33,259 bases of DNA. Origin: Bacteroidota bacterium (GTDB lineage: Bacteria > Bacteroidota > Bacteroidia > Bacteroidales > CAYTAU01). The notes beneath the pieces were generated by a model. The model saw only the letters and a program-made list of their open reading frames with translations. It had not been told where the DNA came from and ran no database searches. Shown here one piece after another: positions 1 through 8,114 of the stretch. The position numbers and the translations under genes are program-made. Numbering within the stretch: the first letter of the stretch is position 1; each line of letters opens with the position of its first letter. The stretch lies in the NCBI GenBank assembly GCA_043826845.1, contig JBDRPR010000197.1, positions 1 through 33,259 of the forward strand, given 5' to 3'.

Positions 1-3000
1 AATGGAGGTTTCCCTGAATTTCAATCAACAATGATGCGCGATGGTTTAGGACAGTCACTTCTTACTGGCAAAATGGATATTGATGGCCAATCATACAGAC
101 CTTGCGTTGTCTATCTTAATGGAGAATATTGGGGCCTTTACAATATCAGAGAAAAACAAAATGAAGATTATCTTGCTTCGAATCACAACATTGATCCTGA
201 CAACGTAAACATTCTGGAAAATTCTGGCGTCAGCATTGTTGAAGGTTCTGACGCTGATTATACTATACTAAATAATTTCATTGAAAACAATGATATTAAT
301 AATTCTACAAATTATGAGTTTGTAAAAAATGAAGTTGATATTGATGAATATATAGATTATCTAATATCAGAAATATATTTGTGTAATACTGATTGGCCGA
401 TGATAAATATTAAATATTGGAAACCAAATACTGAAAATGGAAAATGGAGATGGATTCTATTTGATTTAGATGCTGGATTGGGTATGTGGGGTGTAGTGTA
501 TTACAACTCTATACAACATGCTACCGAGACTGATGCCCCGGGTTGGCCAAACCCTCCTGAATCTACTCTGTTTTTCAGAAATATGCTAGTAAGTACAGAA
601 TTTAAAAATGAATTTATTCAAAGATTTGCAGCACATTCAAACATTACATTTTCTTCTCAAAGAATAATCCATTTTGTTGATAGTTTACAATCTAATATTG
701 AATCAGAAATGCCATATCATATTGCAAGGTGGAAAGATTATAATTCAAACGATGGTGTTTGTGTTCAATCAGTTGCTGAATGGGAAAATGAAGTTGAAGT
801 AATAAGAAATTTTGCGAATAATCGACAAGATTATATTTTTCAATATATAATAGATAATTTCAGTTTATCTGGAACAATAGATTTTACTACGAATGCATCA
901 AACGGCCATATTGAAATTAACACAGTTGAAATTCCTAAAGGAAGTCAAACTGGAACTTATTTTAAAAATGTTCCTTTAAAATTAAAAGCTGTACATGATT
1001 TAGGATATCAATTTGTTGGATGGACAGGTTGTTCTTCAGCAACATCTTCAAGTATTTCAATTAATTTATTTGATAATAATTCAATTACAGCATTATTTTC
1101 TCCAACAAACCAAACAATTATTCCTGCCCAAATTGATACTAATACAACATTGCTTTTATCAGAATCTCCTTATATATCTCTTGGAGATATTGTTGTAGAT
1201 TCCAACAAAACTCTGAGTATTGAGCCTGGTGTTGAAATACTTATGCCCGATTCTGCTTGTTTTATTGTTTATGGAGAACTTATTATTGATGGAACAAATT
1301 CAAATCCTGTTACTATTGATGCTAATACTGATATAAATGCTACGAAATGGGGAGCTATCTGTTTTTATAATGCTACTGATACAGGAAGAATTAGTAATTT
1401 AATCATCAATAATGCTTCTATTGGAAGAAATAAAGACCTTCAGATTGGAGCAATTTCTGCTTATAATTCCAATGTTATTATTGATAATACATATATCGAT
1501 AATGTAATTCAACCTTTTTACTCACAGTATGGAAGTATTATGATCAAAAACTCTGAATTCAGATCAGAAAGAACTTGTGATCTTATTAATATTAAATATG
1601 CAAACTCTGCCATTGTTGAAAACTGCAATTTACGTGGTAATGAATCACCAGATACCGATGCAATTGATTATGACCAAATAAATAATGGTATAATTAGAAA
1701 TAATAAAATATATGGTTTCTTTGGTTTTAACAGCGATGGAATTGATATTGGAGAAGCAGCATCTAATGTCCTGATAGAAAATAATATTATTTTTAATTGT
1801 AGTGATAAGGGAATATCTGTTGGACAAGCTTCTTCTGCAATAGTTAAACGAAATCTTATATACAATTGTAATATGGGTGTAGGTGTTAAAGACAGTTTAT
1901 CTTTTACCGATATTAATCAGAACACTTTTTATAATAATAATTATGCTGTTGCTTGTTTTGAGAAAAATTATAATGATGGTGGAGGAAATGCAATTGTTAC
2001 AAATTCAATTTTGTCAAGTTGTAATGTCAACCCTTTGTTTATTGATGAATTCTCCTCTATTATAACTTCTTATTCATTATCTGATACTGAAGAATTACAG
2101 GGCACAGGAAATTATCTGGATAATCCATTATTTACCGATACTTTAATAATGAATTTTGAATTATTACCAATCTCTCCTTGTATTGATGCAGGAGACCCAT
2201 CTTCTCCTCCCGATCCGGATTTAAGTAATGCTGATATAGGCGCATATTATACTTATTCTGGTAATAGTGATACTTTAATTGTTATTAATGAAATAAATTA
2301 TCATTCTAGCTTAATTGAAGATTCTGACGATTGGATAGAATTTTATAATAATAGTGATGAAGATAAAGATATGTCAGGATGGATTTTAATGGATAGTAAA
2401 AACGATAATATATACAATTTTCCCGAAGGATTTAAACTTAATGCAAGAGAGTTAATTGTTGTTTGTAGTGATATAATAAAATTTAACAGTATTCATACTT
2501 CAGTTACTAATTTCAGAGGAAATTTGGGCTTCGGATTAAATAATGACGGTGAATTTATTCGCTTATTTGATGCTGAAATGAATTTTGCAGACATAGTGGA
2601 ATATGACAACGTAAGTCCATGGCCAATAGAACCCGATGGTCTTGGCCCTACTTTAGAATTAATAGACCCTGATTTTAATAATATACTTGCATCAAGTTGG
2701 AGACCAAGTGCAAATATAGGGGGGTCACCAGGATTACAAAATAATGTTGATATTATAGAAGTATATACGCATTCTAATAAATTCCTTATTTATCCAAATC
2801 CAGCTAATGATTTTATTAATATTGAAATTGAAAATGCAACTAATGAACTATCCTTTGTTAATATGAACATATATAATATTTATGGGCAGTTAATTTTTGA
2901 AGAAAAATATGAAAATGTGCAAAATCAATTTTTTCAAAAAGTAAATGTTTCTAATTTTAGCAACGGGGTTTATATTATTATGATTTCAACTAATTTATCT

Positions 3001-3033
3001 CAAAATAAAATTAAAATTGTAAAAGGATATTAA
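1..3033 (+). CDS. Secreted CotH-family protein (5'-partial) with beta-helix, lamin-tail-like and T9SS C-terminal sorting domains
   Basis: The frame is open from nt 1 (NGGFPEFQST precedes the first Met), so the 5' end lies outside the window. The N-terminal part is CotH-like (YRPCVVYLNGEYWGLYNIREKQNEDYL, WILFDLDAGLG). There is an LGYQFVGWTG Listeria/Bacteroides-type repeat. PbH1-like parallel beta-helix repeats are present (NNIIFNCSDKGISVGQAS, RNLIYNCNMGVGV). A lamin-tail-like segment follows (VINEINYHS...DWIEFYNNS...GWIL). The T9SS-type C-terminus reads FLIYPNPANDFINIEI...GVYIIMIST...KIKIVKGY. Confidence 0.8.
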   Translation, partial: NGGFPEFQSTMMRDGLGQSLLTGKMDIDGQSYRPCVVYLNGEYWGLYNIREKQNEDYLASNHNIDPDNVNILENSGVSIVEGSDADYTILNNFIENNDINNSTNYEFVKNEVDIDEYIDYLISEIYLCNTDWPMINIKYWKPNTENGKWRWILFDLDAGLGMWGVVYYNSIQHATETDAPGWPNPPESTLFFRNMLVSTEFKNEFIQRFAAHSNITFSSQRIIHFVDSLQSNIESEMPYHIARWKDYNSNDGVCVQSVAEWENEVEVIRNFANNRQDYIFQYIIDNFSLSGTIDFTTNASNGHIEINTVEIPKGSQTGTYFKNVPLKLKAVHDLGYQFVGWTGCSSATSSSISINLFDNNSITALFSPTNQTIIPAQIDTNTTLLLSESPYISLGDIVVDSNKTLSIEPGVEILMPDSACFIVYGELIIDGTNSNPVTIDANTDINATKWGAICFYNATDTGRISNLIINNASIGRNKDLQIGAISAYNSNVIIDNTYIDNVIQPFYSQYGSIMIKNSEFRSERTCDLINIKYANSAIVENCNLRGNESPDTDAIDYDQINNGIIRNNKIYGFFGFNSDGIDIGEAASNVLIENNIIFNCSDKGISVGQASSAIVKRNLIYNCNMGVGVKDSLSFTDINQNTFYNNNYAVACFEKNYNDGGGNAIVTNSILSSCNVNPLFIDEFSSIITSYSLSDTEELQGTGNYLDNPLFTDTLIMNFELLPISPCIDAGDPSSPPDPDLSNADIGAYYTYSGNSDTLIVINEINYHSSLIEDSDDWIEFYNNSDEDKDMSGWILMDSKNDNIYNFPEGFKLNARELIVVCSDIIKFNSIHTSVTNFRGNLGFGLNNDGEFIRLFDAEMNFADIVEYDNVSPWPIEPDGLGPTLELIDPDFNNILASSWRPSANIGGSPGLQNNVDIIEVYTHSNKFLIYPNPANDFINIEIENATNELSFVNMNIYNIYGQLIFEEKYENVQNQFFQKVNVSNFSNGVYIIMISTNLSQNKIKIVKGY

Positions 3034-3160
3034 ACGAAAACCTTAAAAAACTTTTTTGCATAATAAAATTCCCAACATAAATAAAATGTAATGGATTTAT
3101 AACAATCACACATAATAAAAAGAGAATTTCGTATACGTAGTGTAACGGTTAAAATATTTC

Positions 3161-3856
3161 TTATCCGTGATTACTGATTCTTTGAAGCATGTTTTTGTTA
3201 AGAATTTCAATATTCTTTCCATTAATTCTTATTATTCCATCTTTTCTGAATTCGGAAAAAGTTCTGATTACATTTTCAGTTGTCATTTCAATTAACTGAG
3301 CTATTTCCTTTCTTGATACAGGTAAATCGAATGAATCACTTTTATATATTTCATCGGTAAACAATAATAAAATATATGCAATTCTCCCCCTCAGATTTTT
3401 CTTGCCAAGATTGATGCTTGTGAGTATAATCCTATCAGCATTTTTACTCATTTTCTCCAATATACGCAATCCAAAAAGTCCATTATGTATGATCAGATTT
3501 TTTATGATTTCAAGATCAATATAGCAAACACTGGTTTCATCCAATGCTGATATTGAATAATTGTAATGTGTTTCTGAAAAAACAGACAAAAGACTCACGA
3601 ACTCGAATGGTGTAGCTATATGTATTATCTGGTCTCTTCCATTATCTCCTTTCCTGAAAATTTTTATCAGACCACTTTTCAGATACATAAATTCTTTAAT
3701 TTCATGACCTTCTTCAACAATTACGTCTCCCTTTTTAAATGATTTTTCAGTTTTTGTACTGCAAATCTGATTAACTTCATCAGAAGACAGATTATCAAAA
3801 ACTACTGTCCTGAAACCACACTCTTCACAATTACATGATATTTTCGATTCGCTCAT
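3161..3856 (-). CDS. Crp/Fnr-family transcriptional regulator, FNR-like (candidate Fe-S oxygen/redox sensor)
   Basis: 231 aa with a cNMP-binding-like beta-roll and a C-terminal HTH (SRKEIAQLIEMTTENVIRTFSEFRKDG). An N-terminal Cys cluster is present (C8-x-C10-x2-C13, plus C32). C111 lies in ALDETSVCYID, which resembles the E. coli FNR Cys122 context ALETSMVCEIP (from memory). Confidence 0.85.
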   Translation of the reverse strand: MSESKISCNCEECGFRTVVFDNLSSDEVNQICSTKTEKSFKKGDVIVEEGHEIKEFMYLKSGLIKIFRKGDNGRDQIIHIATPFEFVSLLSVFSETHYNYSISALDETSVCYIDLEIIKNLIIHNGLFGLRILEKMSKNADRIILTSINLGKKNLRGRIAYILLLFTDEIYKSDSFDLPVSRKEIAQLIEMTTENVIRTFSEFRKDGIIRINGKNIEILNKNMLQRISNHG

Positions 3857-3865
3857 TTTTTTTAA

Positions 3866-3885
3866 TTTATGATATATATCATAAA
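3866..3885. promoter_or_regulatory. Perfect 20-bp palindrome containing an FNR/CRP-type box (TGAT-ATAT-ATCA at 3870-3881)
   Basis: TTTATGATATATATCATAAA equals its own reverse complement. Its core matches the TTGAT-N4-ATCAA class of sites. It lies 10 nt upstream of the regulator's start codon (3856). Confidence 0.5.
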
Positions 3886-3886
3886 C

Positions 3887-3898
3887 TGATACTTATCA
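3887..3898. promoter_or_regulatory. Second FNR/CRP-type box, TGAT-ACTT-ATCA
   Basis: cTGATACTTATCAt, with its centre 17 bp from the centre of the first box. Both boxes lie in the divergent intergenic region 3857-3995. Confidence 0.45.
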
Positions 3899-3932
3899 TA
3901 TCAAATTTTAAATCAGATCAATAATTCGGGTC

Positions 3933-3940
3933 TAACTTTG
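3933..3940 (+). promoter_or_regulatory. Candidate Bacteroidota -7 promoter box (TAACTTTG = TAnnTTTG) for the sulfur-relay operon
   Basis: Exact match to TAnnTTTG, 56 nt upstream of the ATG at 3996 and about 40-60 bp downstream of the two TGAT-N4-ATCA boxes. Confidence 0.35.
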
Positions 3941-3995
3941 TTCAATAATAATCAACAAGTTTTAGAAGCATAAAATTATTAAAATTATTAATATA

Positions 3996-5228
3996 ATGAA
4001 AAAAATAGTAATACTAGGCGCAGGCACTGCCGGCACAATGATGGCCAACAAACTCAGAAAAGAACTGGAAAAAGAAGTATGGGACATAACCATTGTTGAT
4101 CAGATAAAAACTCATTATTATCAACCAGGATTCCTGTTTATTCCTTTTGGGATATATAAAAAAGAAGATGTTGTAAAACCAAAAAGTGATTTCTTCCCTG
4201 TTGGAGTTAATGTAATTTATTCACAGATTGACAGGGTAGCTCCTGATGAGAATAAAGTATATCTGGATCAAGGATCACAGGTTTTAAACTATGACTTTCT
4301 GATAATTGCAACAGGTGCACGAACAGCTCCTGAAGAAACCGAAGGATTGAAAGGAGAATTATGGTATAAAGAAATTTTTGATTTTTATACAATAGATGGA
4401 GCTGTAGCATTGGCTGATTATCTTAAAACGTGGAAAGGCGGTAGATTGGTTGTAAATATTTCAGAAGTTCCTTATAAATGCCCTGTAGCTCCTCTTGAGT
4501 TTGTATTTCTGGCTGATGCTTTTTTTACTGAAAGAGGAATGCGTGATAAAGTCGATATTACCCTTGTGACGCCTCTTTCCGGAGCTTTCACAAAACCAAA
4601 AGCAACAAAACTTCTAAGCAATTTGCTTGAGGAAAAGAACATAAAAATAATACCTGATTTTAGTATTGCAAGTGTCGATAATGCTGAGAAAAAAATAGTG
4701 GATTACGGTGGGGTTGAAGTGCCTTTTGATCTGCTCGTTTCTGTTCCAACAAACAAAGGAGACGATATGATTGAAAGAAGCAGTATGGGCGATGATCTGA
4801 ATTTTATACCAACAGATAAACATACTATGCTAGCTGAAGGTTATGAAAATATTTTTGTTCTTGGTGATGCAAGCAATATCCCAACTTCCAAAGCTGGATC
4901 AGTTGCACATTTTGCCGGCGAAATCCTGACCGAAAACCTGATGTGTGCAATAGAAGGCAGGCCAATGACTGCAAGTTTTGATGGACATGCCAATTGTTAT
5001 ATAGTTACCGGTCACGGAATGGGAACTCTAATTGACTTTAACTATGAAACAGAACCTCTGCCTGGAACTTTTCCGTTGCCTGGAGTAGGTCCTTTCGGAC
5101 TTTTGAAAGTGACCAGAATGAATCATTACGGAAAAATGATATTCCGTTGGATTTACTGGCATGTTCTTTTAAAAGGAAAAGAAATGCCAATATCATCACA
5201 AATGTCAATGGCTGGTAAAAAACAATAA
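3996..5228 (+). CDS. FAD-dependent pyridine nucleotide-disulfide oxidoreductase, sulfide:quinone oxidoreductase (SQR)-like
   Basis: Rossmann N-terminus MKKIVILGAGTAGTMMA. PYKCPVAPLEF (C162) and HANCYIVTG (C334) are placed like the SQR redox cysteines as I remember them. LGDASNIPTSKAGSVAHFAGE resembles a second FAD/quinone-face motif. Confidence 0.7.
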   Translation: MKKIVILGAGTAGTMMANKLRKELEKEVWDITIVDQIKTHYYQPGFLFIPFGIYKKEDVVKPKSDFFPVGVNVIYSQIDRVAPDENKVYLDQGSQVLNYDFLIIATGARTAPEETEGLKGELWYKEIFDFYTIDGAVALADYLKTWKGGRLVVNISEVPYKCPVAPLEFVFLADAFFTERGMRDKVDITLVTPLSGAFTKPKATKLLSNLLEEKNIKIIPDFSIASVDNAEKKIVDYGGVEVPFDLLVSVPTNKGDDMIERSSMGDDLNFIPTDKHTMLAEGYENIFVLGDASNIPTSKAGSVAHFAGEILTENLMCAIEGRPMTASFDGHANCYIVTGHGMGTLIDFNYETEPLPGTFPLPGVGPFGLLKVTRMNHYGKMIFRWIYWHVLLKGKEMPISSQMSMAGKKQ

Positions 5229-5240
5229 AAATTAGAAAAA

Positions 5241-5858
5241 ATGGCTGAACAGGAAATAAATAATCAGATACAGGAGGTCAACTCAAAACTTGACCTTTTA
5301 CTGCAATATGTGGATCAACAGCGTCTCAAAACACAGGAAATCGAAGACCTAGTAAAAGATTTTTCAATTGTCGGAAATGATATATTCAAAGCAACTGTTG
5401 ATGAGCTTGATAACAAAAACGTAGAACTTGACACTGAAGAATTTAAAATGTTGATCATTAGACTTATTAAGAATGTGGGAAATATAAATATGGCGGTTGG
5501 TATGTTTGAAAGTCTGAACGATTTTTTAAAAGACATGGGGCCTGTAGTAAGAGAAATAAGTTTTGACCTTATTGCAAAAATAGAAGAATTTGAAAAAAAA
5601 GGGTATTTCAGCATCATTAAAAACCTTACTGCCAATCTGGACAAGATGCTGAATGTACTTGTGCAATTATCACAACCTGAAATAATTGATTCGTTCAGTA
5701 AAATGATAAATGTGGCAACAACACTGAAAATGGATGATAAACTGGATAATAAGTCACTGTTTGGTTTGTACAGAGAATTGAAAAAGCCTGAAGTAAGAAA
5801 GACTATTTCATATTCTCTAAGGCTGGTTCAGGAATTACATAAAGAAATTAGAAATTAA
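5241..5858 (+). CDS. Helical protein, probably DUF1641-like oxidoreductase accessory protein
   Basis: 205 aa, helical and acidic, with no TM segment. It lies 12 nt after the SQR-like gene. DUF1641 proteins commonly follow SQR/NDH-2-like flavoproteins. The family name comes from context and general resemblance only. Confidence 0.5.
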   Translation: MAEQEINNQIQEVNSKLDLLLQYVDQQRLKTQEIEDLVKDFSIVGNDIFKATVDELDNKNVELDTEEFKMLIIRLIKNVGNINMAVGMFESLNDFLKDMGPVVREISFDLIAKIEEFEKKGYFSIIKNLTANLDKMLNVLVQLSQPEIIDSFSKMINVATTLKMDDKLDNKSLFGLYRELKKPEVRKTISYSLRLVQELHKEIRN

Positions 5859-5887
5859 AATAACAAATAATTAAAAAACTAAATATT

Positions 5888-6199
5888 ATGGCACAAAAAG
5901 AATATGCAGGAAAGATGATCGATCTGAACGAAGAGGGATACCTCATCAACCATGATCAATGGGACATTGAAGTAGCAAAATCAATAGCTGCAGAAGATGG
6001 TCTGGTACTAACCCAAAAACACATAGACGTTTTGAACTATATCAGAGAAAAAACAGCATCCGGAATCGGGCTGACTATCAGGGCAATTGGTAAATCAGGT
6101 ATAGTGGATATCAAAGAGTTTTATCAACTATTTCCGGGAGCTCCATTGAAAAAAGCCACAAAAATTGCCGGAGTTGCAAAACCAACAAGTTGTATTTAA
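5888..6199 (+). CDS. TusE/DsrC/DsvC-family sulfur-relay protein (single C-terminal Cys type)
   Basis: 103 aa. The C-terminus LFPGAPLKKATKIAGVAKPTSCI closely parallels E. coli TusE ...[23 protein letters not shown]. Only the penultimate Cys is present; there is no second Cys about 10-11 residues upstream as in bona fide DsrC. Confidence 0.85.
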   Translation: MAQKEYAGKMIDLNEEGYLINHDQWDIEVAKSIAAEDGLVLTQKHIDVLNYIREKTASGIGLTIRAIGKSGIVDIKEFYQLFPGAPLKKATKIAGVAKPTSCI

Positions 6200-6217
6200 C
6201 TATTAAAAATAAATTTT

Positions 6218-6721
6218 ATGAATGACAAGAAAGAATTTCCCTTGAAAAAGGTTTGTATCATATGCGCTAAAGGAGCAATCGAGGATGTATATGCCTCCCT
6301 GGTGATGACAAATGGTGCAGTAATGGAAGGTATTGAGGCAAAATTGTTTTTTACATTTTTTGGTCTTGATGCAATTACAAAAAAGCAAATGAAAAAACTG
6401 AAAACTGGAACAGTTGGAAATCCTGCTATGAGAATGCCCGGGAATGTACCATTCCCGACATTGCTTGGGGCTCTCCCTTTCGTTGAAATGGGTGTGTCTG
6501 CAATGATGAAAAGCCAGATGGCAAAACTCGATATCCCGCCAGTTGATGAATTCCTGGAAATGATTACCGCCGGAGGTGGTGAAATATATGCCTGTAAATT
6601 AGCAATGGATATGTTCAAATTGAAAAAAGAAGACCTGAGCGAACATGTTAGTGATGTCCTGACTATTGGTGATTTTTACGGAATGTGTGGAGGCGAAGGT
6701 ACTCAGATTATTTTCACCTGA
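6218..6721 (+). CDS. DsrE/DsrF-like (COG2210-type) sulfur-transfer protein
   Basis: KKVCIICAKGAIEDVYASLVMTNGAVMEGIEAKLFFTFFGLDAI and GGEIYACKLAMDMFKLKKEDL match the DsrE-like 'peroxiredoxin family' pattern, including the conserved YAC cysteine. Confidence 0.8.
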   Translation: MNDKKEFPLKKVCIICAKGAIEDVYASLVMTNGAVMEGIEAKLFFTFFGLDAITKKQMKKLKTGTVGNPAMRMPGNVPFPTLLGALPFVEMGVSAMMKSQMAKLDIPPVDEFLEMITAGGGEIYACKLAMDMFKLKKEDLSEHVSDVLTIGDFYGMCGGEGTQIIFT

Positions 6722-6742
6722 TCTGGAGCAGCTTAAATAACT

Positions 6743-6778
6743 AAACATATATTTCGTAAAACTATGAAATATATGTTT
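6743..6778 (+). terminator. Perfect 13-bp-stem hairpin after the sulfur-relay operon (candidate terminator)
   Basis: AAACATATATTTC - gtaaaactat - GAAATATATGTTT, starting 22 nt after the DsrE-like stop. The stem is A/T-rich and only a short T-run follows. Confidence 0.5.
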
Positions 6779-6842
6779 CTATCCATTGCCTATTTTTGAG
6801 TCAGACATATTGCGTACAATAAAAGGATGGTGAATAAAATTA

Positions 6843-6850
6843 TATATTTG
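6843..6850 (+). promoter_or_regulatory. Candidate -7 promoter box (TATATTTG) for ccsBA
   Basis: Exact TAnnTTTG match, 35 nt upstream of the ATG at 6885. The same TATATTTG octamer recurs at 9032 and 17768. Confidence 0.4.
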
Positions 6851-6884
6851 CAGAAGTAAGTTGATACATTCAATAAAGTTAAAA

Positions 6885-8114
6885 ATGAGTGATAATATAG
6901 CAAAACGAAGGATGTGGGAATTCCCTTGGTCATTCAGGGAAAGTTTTGTTGTTGTGTTTTTTCTTTTGATTATTGGAATATTTCTGGAGTTTTTTATTCC
7001 GTTAAAAAACATGTTATTGTCTGAATATCCGGCAAATATTATAATAATCGGAGTATATTTTACATCTTTGATATTGACTTATTTGTTTGCCAAAAATCAG
7101 ATTATTGACTGGTTGGCATCAGTACCGGCTGCAGTCGCATCAATTAGTTTTTATACTTTACTTGTTCTGTTAATGGGTTTTATTCCTCAGACCAAAACCT
7201 CAGGATTTCTATCAGATATTGGTTTTAATCATATGCAAACCAGCAGAGCTTTTATTATTCTATCAATTTTTTTATTGACTGTTTTAGGATATACAATTCT
7301 AAAAAGAATTTCCGGAAAAATATCAATTAAAAACCTTGCATTTTTCTTAAATCATTTCGGTTTATTTATTATTCTGATTGCAGGTTCGCTGGGTTCTGGA
7401 GATATGGTTAAGGTTCAGTTATTAGTAAATAAAAATGATGAAAATAATCTGGCAATCAAAGACAAACAATCATATCAGTTGCCATTTACAGTCGAATTAA
7501 TAAATTTTTCAATAGAAGAATATTCTCCCGAATTGATATTTTATAGTAAAAAAACCGGATTTCCGGTCATTGAAAAAGGTGACTACCCAATAGATATACG
7601 CAAAGGTAACAAGGGAACATTTGCATGTTTTTCATACGAAATTATAGATTATCAGCCTAATTCTGTATATTCTGACCGATCATACAAAAGCTCTGATCAG
7701 TTCGGCTCGACTCATGCTGCTTATGTAAAAATTTCAGGAGTACAAATTTCAACTGAAGGTTGGATAAGTTGCAGAAACTATATGTTCCCGGAAAAACATC
7801 TTGAAATAAATGACGACTATGTTCTTGTAATGATCAGTCCAAAACCTAAAAAATACAGCTCTTTAGTAAATGTATACGATAAGGAGACAAAGTTGTCTGA
7901 AGTGCTTATTGAAGTCAATAAGCCTTGTAAATTTAAAGGCTGGACGATATATCAGTATGGTTTTGACAATGAAATGGGCAGGTGGTCACAAAAAAGTGTT
8001 TTTGAAGTAATTCGTGATCCATGGCTTCCGGTTGTTTATGTTGGTATTTTTATGATGTTACTGGGATCAATATATTTACTATGGACAGGAAGAATTCTTA
8101 AAACCAAAGCATAA
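6885..8114 (+). CDS. ccsB: Cytochrome c biogenesis protein CcsB/ResB (System II)
   Basis: N-terminal TM segments, a large soluble middle domain and a C-terminal TM (WLPVVYVGIFMMLLGSIYLL). It is coupled to ccsA by a TAATG overlap. I prefer the ATG at 6885 to the TTG at 6861 because the -7 box at 6843-6850 would place the transcription start inside the TTG extension. Confidence 0.7.
   Translation: MSDNIAKRRMWEFPWSFRESFVVVFFLLIIGIFLEFFIPLKNMLLSEYPANIIIIGVYFTSLILTYLFAKNQIIDWLASVPAAVASISFYTLLVLLMGFIPQTKTSGFLSDIGFNHMQTSRAFIILSIFLLTVLGYTILKRISGKISIKNLAFFLNHFGLFIILIAGSLGSGDMVKVQLLVNKNDENNLAIKDKQSYQLPFTVELINFSIEEYSPELIFYSKKTGFPVIEKGDYPIDIRKGNKGTFACFSYEIIDYQPNSVYSDRSYKSSDQFGSTHAAYVKISGVQISTEGWISCRNYMFPEKHLEINDDYVLVMISPKPKKYSSLVNVYDKETKLSEVLIEVNKPCKFKGWTIYQYGFDNEMGRWSQKSVFEVIRDPWLPVVYVGIFMMLLGSIYLLWTGRILKTKA

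Noticed and set aside
6861-6884. A TTG-initiated 8-codon N-terminal extension of ccsB, suggested by the ORF track.
   Set aside because: A TATATTTG -7 box at 6843-6850 would put the transcription start at about the TTG. The in-frame ATG at 6885 is the more plausible initiator.
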